Positions 11,158-20,299 of a stretch of DNA of 64,000 bases are shown here, one piece after another. Under the pieces are notes generated by a model. It ran no database searches. It was not told the DNA's origin and saw only the letters and a program-made list of their open reading frames with translations. The stretch comes from a virus (Duplodnaviria; Caudoviricetes), in the IMG/VR virus record IMGVR_UViG_3300027708_000013; one strand, 5' to 3'. The position numbers and the translations under genes were made by a program. Position 1 is the stretch's first letter. The number at the start of each line of letters is the position of its first letter.

Positions 11158-13113
11158 ATGACCTATCTACCATACGGCCTAACTAGAATCAAACAAGGTT
11201 CCGCATGGAAACCCATAAAGAGTCTTTGGTATAAAAACTCTGCGGGTACTTGGATCGCAGTAAAAACAGCGTGGACTAAACGCTCGGATGGAGTGTGGGA
11301 AAGAGTTTATCCCACACCGGCCGGTGTCAATACTGCCACCCCCACATCATTCACAGTTGAAGTATATCAGAACTGGCGTCCGGCTTTTCAAACTATAAAT
11401 TTTACAAATATTGGCGATAGGGCTTTAACTATTGCCAATGTAATTGCCTACGATGGTGTAAAAACCATAACCACAGTGAACCTGTCAGGCATGAATAGTG
11501 GTGTACCCTACACCATAGATACAGGTGGCACTGGATCTGTTGTTGCTAATGTTTATGGCAAAGCCGTGGGCACCAGCACAGGCAACATTACCTTTGTCAA
11601 TGACACTGGATACTTTGGCTCAGACGGTAATGTTGCCTATTGGCCTGGCAATCAAACAGTGATACCCATTACCACCACAGTGCTGGCCGGCTACAGCGAC
11701 ATCACAACAGTGCCTGGACCAGCTAATAACGGATACACTTACTATCAAGGAACCACCAGTTCGGACACATTGACCATTACCAATTCTGGCACTGGTGCCA
11801 ATCTTGTGGTGTCCGGCATCACTTCTGGCACTTATACACAAGTTGCTAATTTTGTTGGCAACATTGGTGCCAATTTTACTACATTCTCTGGCAATTCCGT
11901 CAGCAGAGCTATCACACTGGCCAATTTGAAAGCCGGCACATATCAAGATCAATTTGTTGTTAATAGTAATGCACGTAGCAAAAACACATACACAGTTCCA
12001 GTGACACTCAACGTATTGGCTGCTCATGGCAGTGAAAATTTTACTACAGTTGGCACCTACACTTGGACTGTACCTGCGGGAGTACTAAGCATCAATGTTA
12101 CAGCCCTGGGCGGCGGTGGCGGTGGTGGAGGTAATGACGCTAGTCCCGGGCATGCTGGCTTTACTGGACATTTAATCTCTGGGCCACTTAATGTGGTACC
12201 CGGGGATACCTTAACATTTTACATTGGTGGTGGTGGCTCGGGTGGATACTCCAGCAATCAATCTCCTGTAGGCAGTGGGCCCGGCGGATGGGGCAATGGT
12301 ACATACGATGGCGGGCGAGGCGGTAATGCCGGCTCAGGTGGAGTATCGGGCGGTGGTGGTGGCGGAGGTGGCGCCACAGTTATATTAAAAAATGGATCAC
12401 CTATGGCAGTAGCCGGTGGTGGTGGTGGTGGTGGTGGCGGTGGCTGGCACAGTGCCGGACGAGGAAGATCGGGCTACAGTTCCAGTGGCAGTACTGCTGG
12501 TGGTGCAGGACAAGACTATCCCGGTGACGGTGGAGGCGGAGGCGGAGGTGGAGGCGGATCAAACGGTGGGTCCGGTGGCGGACTGGTAGGCGGAGACAAC
12601 GGTGCTTATTCGGGCAGTGACGGTGCTGATATAGTATTAGGTGGATGGAGTCAGTCAGGTCAAAGTGGTGACAGCGGATGGTATGCTACAGGACAAGAAG
12701 CTGGTGTTTGGAATAGTTTTATATCTACTTATGGCATTTGGATCGGCGGACCATACGATGTCGCTACAGTGAGTTACAGTACCACTTTAAACTTCCCGAC
12801 CTCGGGCAACTATACATTTAATATAAGTATTGATAATGCTGGTTTTATTAGCATTGATGGCACGGAGGTATTAGACAACCCCTCTAGTTGGGGAGGAGTA
12901 GATAGTGCTTCAGTTTATGTTTCTGCTGGATCTCACACTATAACTGTAACTGGTACAAACTACGGCGGACCAGCAGCAATATCAGCACAAATCGTAAACC
13001 CAAGCGGATCAGAATTATGGAATACTTTGGCGGCATTGAACACCGGCACTAATTACAACGGAGGCCCAACAGCTGCCTCGGGTGGTAATGGTTATGTGTC
13101 GTTCTCGTGGTAA
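11158..13113 (+). CDS. Glycine-rich putative receptor-binding adhesin
   Basis: N-terminal Trp repeats, Ig-like middle region, long polyglycine runs (GGT codon tracts ~12110-12590), and a PA14-like C-terminal beta domain (TFNISIDNAGFISIDG..SAGSHTITV). Confidence 0.65.
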   Translation: MTYLPYGLTRIKQGSAWKPIKSLWYKNSAGTWIAVKTAWTKRSDGVWERVYPTPAGVNTATPTSFTVEVYQNWRPAFQTINFTNIGDRALTIANVIAYDGVKTITTVNLSGMNSGVPYTIDTGGTGSVVANVYGKAVGTSTGNITFVNDTGYFGSDGNVAYWPGNQTVIPITTTVLAGYSDITTVPGPANNGYTYYQGTTSSDTLTITNSGTGANLVVSGITSGTYTQVANFVGNIGANFTTFSGNSVSRAITLANLKAGTYQDQFVVNSNARSKNTYTVPVTLNVLAAHGSENFTTVGTYTWTVPAGVLSINVTALGGGGGGGGNDASPGHAGFTGHLISGPLNVVPGDTLTFYIGGGGSGGYSSNQSPVGSGPGGWGNGTYDGGRGGNAGSGGVSGGGGGGGGATVILKNGSPMAVAGGGGGGGGGGWHSAGRGRSGYSSSGSTAGGAGQDYPGDGGGGGGGGGGSNGGSGGGLVGGDNGAYSGSDGADIVLGGWSQSGQSGDSGWYATGQEAGVWNSFISTYGIWIGGPYDVATVSYSTTLNFPTSGNYTFNISIDNAGFISIDGTEVLDNPSSWGGVDSASVYVSAGSHTITVTGTNYGGPAAISAQIVNPSGSELWNTLAALNTGTNYNGGPTAASGGNGYVSFSW

Positions 13114-13116
13114 ATA
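13111..13116 (+). promoter_or_regulatory. Late-type promoter core TAAATA overlapping a stop codon
   Basis: TAA stop of 11158..13113 is part of TAAATA, 21 nt upstream of ATG 13138. Confidence 0.45.
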
Positions 13117-13137
13117 ACATTAATATGGAAATTTTCT

Positions 13138-14469
13138 ATGGCGTATAGCTTAACAAAAACAAACGGATCTACTTTAATAAATTTAGCTGATGGTGTAGCC
13201 AACGGACCAGACATCGATGCCAACGCTGCTGTGGCCAGTGTCAATTTAATTGGAAAAAACAAAGCCAGTTATGGATTTTACCTAAACGAAAATTTCATAA
13301 AATTATTGGAAAATTTTGCCTACAGTACTGCACCTGTTAGCCCAACCACTGGACAAATTTGGTGGGATACTTCAAACGCTGTGTTAAAAGTTTATAATGG
13401 CACAGCTTGGAAAGAAATAGCACATTCTGCTCCGGGTAGCACCAGTCCAAGTAATGCCATAGCCGGAGATCTTTGGTGGAATACCACTGCCAGTACATTA
13501 AATGTTTACAGCGGAACTGCCTGGATTACCATCGGCCCGGCTATTCCTCCAGGTTCAGCTGTGACACAATTTGTAAACAATCAATTAACAGACCCACTTT
13601 CAGCAATACACAATGTGGGTAACCTTGTGGTCAACAACAAACTTGCTGCAGTGGTTAGTACAGAGTCAACCTCATTCACTGTGTCAACGCCAGTATTGGG
13701 TCAAACTACAATAGCACCAGGATTTACCATAGCCAATAATGTTACCATTGGAGGTAGTATTTCTGGACAAGGGTTGGCAATAACCGGCACCGCAACTTTA
13801 AATGGTTCGCCCATTGCCACTGTCAGCAACAGCGGAGTTGCTAGTTTTGCAGCCATCAACTCCACCCCAATTGGCAATGCTGTGCCCAGCACAGGAGCAT
13901 TTACAACTTTAACCAGTGGCAGTTTCAATGGTATTGTTGGCAATGCAACTCCGGCCGCGGGTGCATTTACCACAGTTACCACCGCAGGCAACATAACTCC
14001 TACAGCTAATTTAACATACAATTTAGGTTCAACCACAGCCTGGTGGAACAACATTTATGGCACAGCAATACACGCACAATACGCTGACTTAGCTGAACGT
14101 TTTGCCGCAGATCAGCCCATGACAGCGGGCACAGTGGTGGCATTGGGTGGCTCGGCAGAAATTACAGTAGTTGATCAAGAATTAAGTGAAAGTGTGTTTG
14201 GAGTCATAAGTACTAAAGCAGCTTACTTAATGAATTCTGGAGCTGGGTCAAACGAAACACATCCTCCTGTGGCAGTACAAGGTCGTGTTCCTGTTCAAGT
14301 AACCGGTGTTGTACGCAAAGGTGATAGATTAGTTTCAGCAGGAAACGGTAGGGCAAGAGCCGGTGCACGTAATGAAATTACCGCATGGAATGTAATTGGG
14401 CGAGCATTGGAAGATAAACTAGATTCGGGATCAGGCACAATCGAAGCTGTGGTAAAACTAAATTCGTAA
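13138..14469 (+). CDS. Tail fibre/spike with C-terminal intramolecular-chaperone (peptidase G2-like) domain
   Basis: N-terminus shared with 9994. C-terminus YADLAERF..GTVV..G..GVIST..AYLMN..GRVPV.V.G.V.KGD.LVS..G..IGRALE resembles auto-cleaving chaperone domains. Confidence 0.65.
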   Translation: MAYSLTKTNGSTLINLADGVANGPDIDANAAVASVNLIGKNKASYGFYLNENFIKLLENFAYSTAPVSPTTGQIWWDTSNAVLKVYNGTAWKEIAHSAPGSTSPSNAIAGDLWWNTTASTLNVYSGTAWITIGPAIPPGSAVTQFVNNQLTDPLSAIHNVGNLVVNNKLAAVVSTESTSFTVSTPVLGQTTIAPGFTIANNVTIGGSISGQGLAITGTATLNGSPIATVSNSGVASFAAINSTPIGNAVPSTGAFTTLTSGSFNGIVGNATPAAGAFTTVTTAGNITPTANLTYNLGSTTAWWNNIYGTAIHAQYADLAERFAADQPMTAGTVVALGGSAEITVVDQELSESVFGVISTKAAYLMNSGAGSNETHPPVAVQGRVPVQVTGVVRKGDRLVSAGNGRARAGARNEITAWNVIGRALEDKLDSGSGTIEAVVKLNS

Positions 14470-14478
14470 GGAATAAAA

Positions 14479-15375
14479 ATGTCGTATGCACAAGGTGGCT
14501 TGATTGAAGCCTCGGATTATAATAACTTTTTAAATGGCTCAAACCAATTAAACACTGTTTGGAGCACAGGATCAGGAGCCGTTGGCTATGGTCAAACTGC
14601 ATTATCCACTGTTAGTCAAAGCGGAACAGTGACAGCTACTCAGTGGGCTACGATGATCAACACATTAAACAACGTGAGAAATCATCAAAGTGGAGTTGGA
14701 TCGGGCATTAGTGCCACCACTGCTGGCTCTACCATCAACTATCTGAGTACCTTGGCAACTCAAATCAACACCACTTACACCAATGCTGCTTTGTATGCCA
14801 CACAGGGAACCACAGTGACTGGATCAACATTTACTCTAGGTGTTTCAAGTACCACAGGTGTTAATACTGGTTTTAGTCGAGGTGTAACTTTTTCCAGTGT
14901 TCAAGCTGCTAGATACTTTTTCAATGCCGGCGGACAGCTGACTTTGGTTCTGGGCACCAACAGCAGCAATGGATCAGGTTCCAGTTCAAGCCTGGCAAGA
15001 TTAATCACAGGACTGGGCGGAGTCACAGTGAGAAACACAACCAATACTGGACGTTCAGGTTCGGGTATTACATTAAATACCAATAACACTGCATTTGGAT
15101 ACAGAAATCAAGGAACTTCTAATACAAATATTATATCTGTAACTGACACAACAGCAGCCTACACTGCCGATGCTGCATCAATTGGCTTGTACACTCCTAC
15201 CATCGATACAACCTCTGGAGCCAATGGTAGCCAGGTTTATTTTTATATTAGTTACTTAGTAGCGGACCACACTTGGGACGACACAATAAGTCTCAATATA
15301 ACCAGTAGAGTAGACATCACACCCCCAGAATCCACATATTTATCCAATGTGTGGGGCACTCCCACCATATCCTAA
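14479..15375 (+). CDS. Virion structural protein
   Basis: T/S/G/N-rich, last gene of the tail operon, AAGGA RBS; motif RYFFNAGG. Confidence 0.55.
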   Translation: MSYAQGGLIEASDYNNFLNGSNQLNTVWSTGSGAVGYGQTALSTVSQSGTVTATQWATMINTLNNVRNHQSGVGSGISATTAGSTINYLSTLATQINTTYTNAALYATQGTTVTGSTFTLGVSSTTGVNTGFSRGVTFSSVQAARYFFNAGGQLTLVLGTNSSNGSGSSSSLARLITGLGGVTVRNTTNTGRSGSGITLNTNNTAFGYRNQGTSNTNIISVTDTTAAYTADAASIGLYTPTIDTTSGANGSQVYFYISYLVADHTWDDTISLNITSRVDITPPESTYLSNVWGTPTIS

Positions 15376-15377
15376 TT

Positions 15378-15400
15378 CAATCAACCAATAGTGTTGATTG
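15378..15400 (+). terminator. Hairpin at the end of the tail operon (possible terminator)
   Basis: CAATCAAC-caatagt-GTTGATTG 8-bp stem directly after the 15375 stop; the U-tract follows about 7 nt later, so the geometry is imperfect. Confidence 0.4.
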
Positions 15401-15422
15401 GATTGGCTTTTAATGTTACAAT
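15394..15422 (+). promoter_or_regulatory. sigma70-type promoter, probably producing a leaderless mRNA
   Basis: TTGATT-17 nt-TACAAT with a TG extension; ATG 15429 lies 6 nt after the -10. Confidence 0.6.
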
Positions 15423-15428
15423 AGCAAT

Positions 15429-15743
15429 ATGACTGAACTAGAAAAACTCACTGCCGAAATACGCAGAGCCACCGATTATCACGTTAACAAAACAATACTG
15501 AGAGAAAAAATCCAAACAGATTTGCACGTGGCATACAACGGTGGATTATTTAAAGTTACACAAGAACTGTTGGCATTTGTTGCCACTTATCGTGCTGATA
15601 CCTTGTACATAGAAGATACATATCATAATCCAATCGAAGTTGACCGCGATGAGTTTCGTACTATTTGCGAACAGCACTATCAACAAGCAATGAATACCTG
15701 GCACCAACAACATGCAGAAATTAAACAACTTAGAAAAATCTAA
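15429..15743 (+). CDS. Hypothetical protein
   Basis: 104-aa ORF with promoter; first gene of the GT operon. Confidence 0.7.
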   Translation: MTELEKLTAEIRRATDYHVNKTILREKIQTDLHVAYNGGLFKVTQELLAFVATYRADTLYIEDTYHNPIEVDRDEFRTICEQHYQQAMNTWHQQHAEIKQLRKI

Positions 15744-16536
15744 GGGTGTTGTAGTATTTGCATTTAACACAGCTACAGTTGATTATGTTGCCATAGCAGA
15801 TCAAACTAGTAGATTAACTGCACATCATTTACAATTACCCATCACATTGATCACTGACCACGCCGCTGAACCCAAATTTGCATACGATGAAATCATAAGA
15901 GTCGACACCATCGGTGGCAATGTTCGCAACGACTTAAACAATCAACCAGTGGAATGGCGTAACTTTGGTAGATACCTGGCATACCAACTATCGCCCTATG
16001 ATGAAACAGTATTGCTGGATACAGATTATCTAGTACTGGACCACAGCATATTGAAACTGTGGGCCACGGAGTTTGATTACAAATTGATGCATGATAATCG
16101 AACAGCAAAGGGTATAGACACTAGCACCATGGGAGTGAATTCCTTGCCATTTGTTTGGGCCACTGTGGCGTTATTTAGACGCAGTGAACGTGCTCGATTG
16201 TTTTTCGATTTAATTGGTCGTGTGCAAAGAAACTATTCCTACTATAAAAGTTTGTACAGTATACACGAAACAAGTTACAGAAATGATTATGCTTTTGCCA
16301 TAGCCAATATAATATTGAACGGGTACACAGTGAATGCATCGCAAGGCATACCCTGGAGCATGTTTACTGTTGATCAAAAGATAGAACGGATGGCAATGAT
16401 AAATTCGCAAATTAGAATTTATCATCAGGCCACGGCAATAGTTGTACCCCGGCAATGCATACACGTGATGGATAAAGAATATTTACAAAGCGATAATTTT
16501 CAACAACTGGTAGAGGCAATAATTGAGTCAGCATAA
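15712..16536 (+). CDS. Putative GT-A fold (GT8-like) nucleotide-diphospho-sugar transferase
   Basis: LSPYDETVLLDTDYL (DxD), WATVALF and RND motifs. Confidence 0.6.
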   Translation: MQKLNNLEKSKGVVVFAFNTATVDYVAIADQTSRLTAHHLQLPITLITDHAAEPKFAYDEIIRVDTIGGNVRNDLNNQPVEWRNFGRYLAYQLSPYDETVLLDTDYLVLDHSILKLWATEFDYKLMHDNRTAKGIDTSTMGVNSLPFVWATVALFRRSERARLFFDLIGRVQRNYSYYKSLYSIHETSYRNDYAFAIANIILNGYTVNASQGIPWSMFTVDQKIERMAMINSQIRIYHQATAIVVPRQCIHVMDKEYLQSDNFQQLVEAIIESA

Positions 16537-17368
16537 AGAACCGCAAGGGTTCGTTACCTTTGCACAAAATACTGAAGAAGTGAATTACCTAGAACTGGCT
16601 TACTTGCAGTGCTTGAATGTCAAAGCCACGCAAAAGAACAACAGTTATGCTGTCATAGTGGACGCTGAAACTCGTGCTCTGGTAGAAGATCGCCATACCA
16701 AAACGTTTGATTACATCATTGATTTACCTGTGGATCACAACACCACCACTGCTAGATTTGCCAACGAGTATCAAGTGTTTGCTCTTACTCCGTTTAAAGA
16801 AACTGTCAAGTTGGAAAGCGATCTGTTGTTTACGCGAAGCATAGATCACTGGTGGACAGCATTTAGATTACGCGATGTTTGTCTCAGCACTGGTGCTAAA
16901 AATTATCGCGGCATACTATCCGGTGTAAGAAAATACCGACAGTTGTTTGATGAAAATAATTTACCCGATGTGTACAACGGTTTGATGTATTTTAGATATT
17001 CAAGACAGGCAGCGGATTTTTTCAACACAGCTGGTTTGATTTCACAGTGTTGGGATCTGTATCAAGAGCAATTGAAGAACTGTGCAGAAGAAACTCCCAG
17101 CACAGATGTGATATATGCCATTGCCGCATTGACAGTGGGCACAGATGCAGTTACTATGCCCAGTATGGACTTTATAAATTTTGTACACATGAAGTCAGGC
17201 TTCAACGGCTGGAGCGACACACAGAGTTGGTTGGACACAGTGGTGCATGAACGTGATGGCAATGTTGTACGTATCAACAACTTGAATCAATATCATCCAG
17301 TACACTACCATGACAAAACCTATGCCACCCAAGAGTTAACGGAATATTATGAATCAAGACGAACGTGA
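16523..17368 (+). CDS. GT8-like glycosyltransferase paralogue
   Basis: LTPFKETVKLESDLL aligns with the DxD region of 15712..16536; YNGLMYF; TTG start with AGAGG RBS. Confidence 0.55.
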   Translation: MSQHKEPQGFVTFAQNTEEVNYLELAYLQCLNVKATQKNNSYAVIVDAETRALVEDRHTKTFDYIIDLPVDHNTTTARFANEYQVFALTPFKETVKLESDLLFTRSIDHWWTAFRLRDVCLSTGAKNYRGILSGVRKYRQLFDENNLPDVYNGLMYFRYSRQAADFFNTAGLISQCWDLYQEQLKNCAEETPSTDVIYAIAALTVGTDAVTMPSMDFINFVHMKSGFNGWSDTQSWLDTVVHERDGNVVRINNLNQYHPVHYHDKTYATQELTEYYESRRT

Positions 17369-17708
17369 TTTTTGGGCACAAGTTGAAAGCCTGATCATCC
17401 CCATTCCTAAAGTTGAAATAGAATATAGATTGCACTACAATGAATTGGGCGAGATTGTTATGTGTAGTATGGCAGACCACCCTGAATCAAACCACTATGT
17501 TGTGGTATCAAAAGACAAATATGAACGATACTTTGATTATCGCATAGTTAAAGGACAATTAATAAAGATTGACCAAGCCAGCATTTATAGTGTAAAATTA
17601 ACTAAATCCAATACAGGCTACCGAACAGTAAAAAATCACGCTGGATTAATTATAGAGACTGGCGAATCATACTCGGAAACAGAATATTATGACCACAGAA
17701 ATCATTGA
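17349..17708 (+). CDS. Hypothetical protein
   Basis: 119-aa ORF overlapping both neighbours in the operon. Confidence 0.65.
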   Translation: MNQDERDFWAQVESLIIPIPKVEIEYRLHYNELGEIVMCSMADHPESNHYVVVSKDKYERYFDYRIVKGQLIKIDQASIYSVKLTKSNTGYRTVKNHAGLIIETGESYSETEYYDHRNH

Positions 17709-18585
17709 CGTTGCAGATTTAGATTGCATCTTTTTAACCTACAATGAACCCAATCGAGAAATCAATTGGATTAGAGTACAAAACATGGTGCCTTGGGCCA
17801 AGCGAGTAGATGGAGTCAAAGGATCGGATGCTGCACACAAGGCAGCGGCAGCGGCCAGTGACACTGATCGCTTTGTATTAATTGATGGTGACAACATTCC
17901 TGACCCTGAATTTTTTAATCTACAACTAGAGCTAGACGATACCAATCGTGACTGTGTATTTAGATGGCGGGCTAAAAATCACATAAATGGATTGATGTAT
18001 GGCAACGGTGGTGTCAGCTGTTGGACTCGAGAATTTATATACAACATGCGTACCCACGAAGCCACGGATGGTTCTGCAGAGAATGATGTAGAGTTTTGTT
18101 TTTATCCTAATTACTGGGCCATGCACGATTGTTATTCGACTACCTATCCCAATGCCACACCTGAACAGGCATGGCGAGCTGGATTCCGCGAAGGTGTCAA
18201 GATGTGTTTGGATCGTGGCGCAAGGCCCAACATGCCCGAATTTGAAAGACGTGTACACAATCGCAACTATGATCATTTATGCATTTGGCAAACTGTGGGC
18301 GCCGATGTCGAAAACGGATCATGGGCAATATACGGAGCAAGACTTGGCACATACATGACCATGATAGAAAAGTGGAACTATCGAGATGTACAAGACTTTG
18401 ATGTATTGGCAAGATTATGGCAAAGTTTTAAACAAGACGGCCCAGATCAATGTGCCAGTGTGGGAGAAACCTTACGCACACGCTTGGGATTGCCTATTGT
18501 AGACATGTCGGCTGATGCCAGTAGATTCTTCAAACATCATTACAAATCGCAGTTTAGAAATACTGGTCCCATGGCAAGAGAATGA
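17689..18585 (+). CDS. Putative GT-A (GT2-like) glycosyltransferase
   Basis: IFLTYNEP..VDGVKG..AH..FVLIDGDN (DxD); paralogous to the C-terminal domain of 35454..37487. Confidence 0.55.
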   Translation: MTTEIIDVADLDCIFLTYNEPNREINWIRVQNMVPWAKRVDGVKGSDAAHKAAAAASDTDRFVLIDGDNIPDPEFFNLQLELDDTNRDCVFRWRAKNHINGLMYGNGGVSCWTREFIYNMRTHEATDGSAENDVEFCFYPNYWAMHDCYSTTYPNATPEQAWRAGFREGVKMCLDRGARPNMPEFERRVHNRNYDHLCIWQTVGADVENGSWAIYGARLGTYMTMIEKWNYRDVQDFDVLARLWQSFKQDGPDQCASVGETLRTRLGLPIVDMSADASRFFKHHYKSQFRNTGPMARE

Positions 18586-18635
18586 TAAATTTAACAAATA
18601 GAGCCGGTGGTGGTTTAATTAAAGGATTTACATAA

Positions 18636-19355
18636 ATGAATTTACTTATTAATGGAGGTTCGATTAGTCGTGGACCCACTAGCTGGCCGTACGCCATACA
18701 AAAAAAATTTAATAGTAATATTGTAAACCTATCACAAGCTGGTGCCGGTAATACTTATCTACACGAAACAACAATATCAGAGTTAGCACAAAGAACATAC
18801 GATTTAGTTATTGTACAGTGGGTACCTTTTATACGTATTGATTATAAAGTGCAAAATATTGAATTATTTAATAATACAATATTTACATCAAATTATCAAT
18901 ACAAACAGAATGACTGGCCTGGTAAAATAATTTATCCGATTAATGATCAAGATTATGTAGAAAAAGATTGGATCTTTGGTTGCGGATATGCTGTTAATCA
19001 AGACAGAGATCCAAATATAGTCAAGGTATTTGAAAATTATTATCAATATATTGGGTCATCAGAGCAAACATATCATTTATTAATAAAAATGATCTCCCTA
19101 CAAAGTTATTTAAAAGCAAACTCAATTCCTTATTTGTTTTGTTTTGGTAGAAAATTTAAAACATTTGACAGACATAGGCATTTGTTTAATCAACTTGACA
19201 TGAACCATATGTATGTCGATCAATTTTTACTTGATATTGCAGAAAACAACAACATGTGGGATGTCACCGATCAGTCCCACCCTAGCCCAGAAGCATATGA
19301 AATATACGCAAACTTATTGATAGAAAAAATCCAAGGACTGATGATACGCGAATGA
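18636..19355 (+). CDS. SGNH/GDSL-like hydrolase or acyltransferase
   Basis: LLINGGSIS (block I), QAGAGN (block II) and a C-terminal HPS His. Confidence 0.55.
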   Translation: MNLLINGGSISRGPTSWPYAIQKKFNSNIVNLSQAGAGNTYLHETTISELAQRTYDLVIVQWVPFIRIDYKVQNIELFNNTIFTSNYQYKQNDWPGKIIYPINDQDYVEKDWIFGCGYAVNQDRDPNIVKVFENYYQYIGSSEQTYHLLIKMISLQSYLKANSIPYLFCFGRKFKTFDRHRHLFNQLDMNHMYVDQFLLDIAENNNMWDVTDQSHPSPEAYEIYANLLIEKIQGLMIRE

Positions 19356-20299
19356 AATTTGTTATAATACCAGCTGATAATTTTATATGGAATCAATCGG
19401 AGTTAATGTCGTTCTTGGTGAACAATCAAGAGAAAGATATACTGTTGTCAGTTAATAGCGAAGGATGTTGCCTCAATGCTATTGGTGTATACAAAATTTT
19501 AGATTTATTTAAATTTAAATCAGTGACTATATTATCTAATAACATTTTTGAATCTCATAACACCTATAACATAGTTAATGCTCAATCTTACTTTAAATTT
19601 TTTCAGATTGAAAAAGAATACAAAGAGTATCATGTATGGAATAACTCTAAGCTGTTTGGAGCTCTGTACAATCGACCAATATGGCATCGAATTGGTATTG
19701 CAAGTCACTTGTATGCAAATCACAGGACAGTCAGCATGGTAAATTTTCGAGCCAACCCACATGATGAGGACAGTCGAACACTTTTTGAACTACAGTCCTT
19801 GTTTGAAACAGATCCTGCATCGGTTGAGAACTTTATACAAACATATAAAAAATTTCCCGCACTGCTGAAAGAATTTGACGACTATACTGTTGGAGCCACA
19901 ACAACGCAACACACCGACCAATTGTGCAAATTATACACTGAGTTTTTAATTGATATTGTAGCAGAAACATTCACCAGTGGTAAAACTTTTTTTGCTACTG
20001 AAAAAACAGTAAGACCAATATTGCTTAAAAAACCATTTATTATAATGGGCCCAAAGTGCTTTCTAATACATCTACGGCAAATGGGATTTAAAACATTTAA
20101 TGACTATTGGAGCGAAGATTACGATGGATATGAACCAAAACAAAAATACAAAATGATATTAGAATCGATAGATAATATAGCATCTAAATCACAGCAAGAA
20201 ATAAGTTCCATGTACGCAGACATGCAAGAAATATTGGAACACAATTATAATTTGCTAATCAATAAAAAATTTCTAACTAAATTGACCTATGTTGGATAA
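19352..20299 (+). CDS. GT10/fucosyltransferase-motif-like protein
   Basis: IVAETF..FATEKTVRPI..KPFII.G..LRQMGFKTF motif shared with three paralogues. Confidence 0.45.
   Translation: MKFVIIPADNFIWNQSELMSFLVNNQEKDILLSVNSEGCCLNAIGVYKILDLFKFKSVTILSNNIFESHNTYNIVNAQSYFKFFQIEKEYKEYHVWNNSKLFGALYNRPIWHRIGIASHLYANHRTVSMVNFRANPHDEDSRTLFELQSLFETDPASVENFIQTYKKFPALLKEFDDYTVGATTTQHTDQLCKLYTEFLIDIVAETFTSGKTFFATEKTVRPILLKKPFIIMGPKCFLIHLRQMGFKTFNDYWSEDYDGYEPKQKYKMILESIDNIASKSQQEISSMYADMQEILEHNYNLLINKKFLTKLTYVG

Noticed and set aside
12110-12590. GGT/GGC trinucleotide tracts that look like microsatellites or contingency repeats
   Set aside because: They are in-frame polyglycine codons with mixed synonymous usage; unit loss would not shift the frame.
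106-15089. Short ORFs antisense to or nested in the structural genes (for example 1180..1515, 7036..7365, 7640..7960, 13701..14054)
   Set aside because: They are shadows of long, motif-bearing plus-strand genes; no RBS or recognisable motifs. The same applies to most nested ORFs elsewhere in the track.
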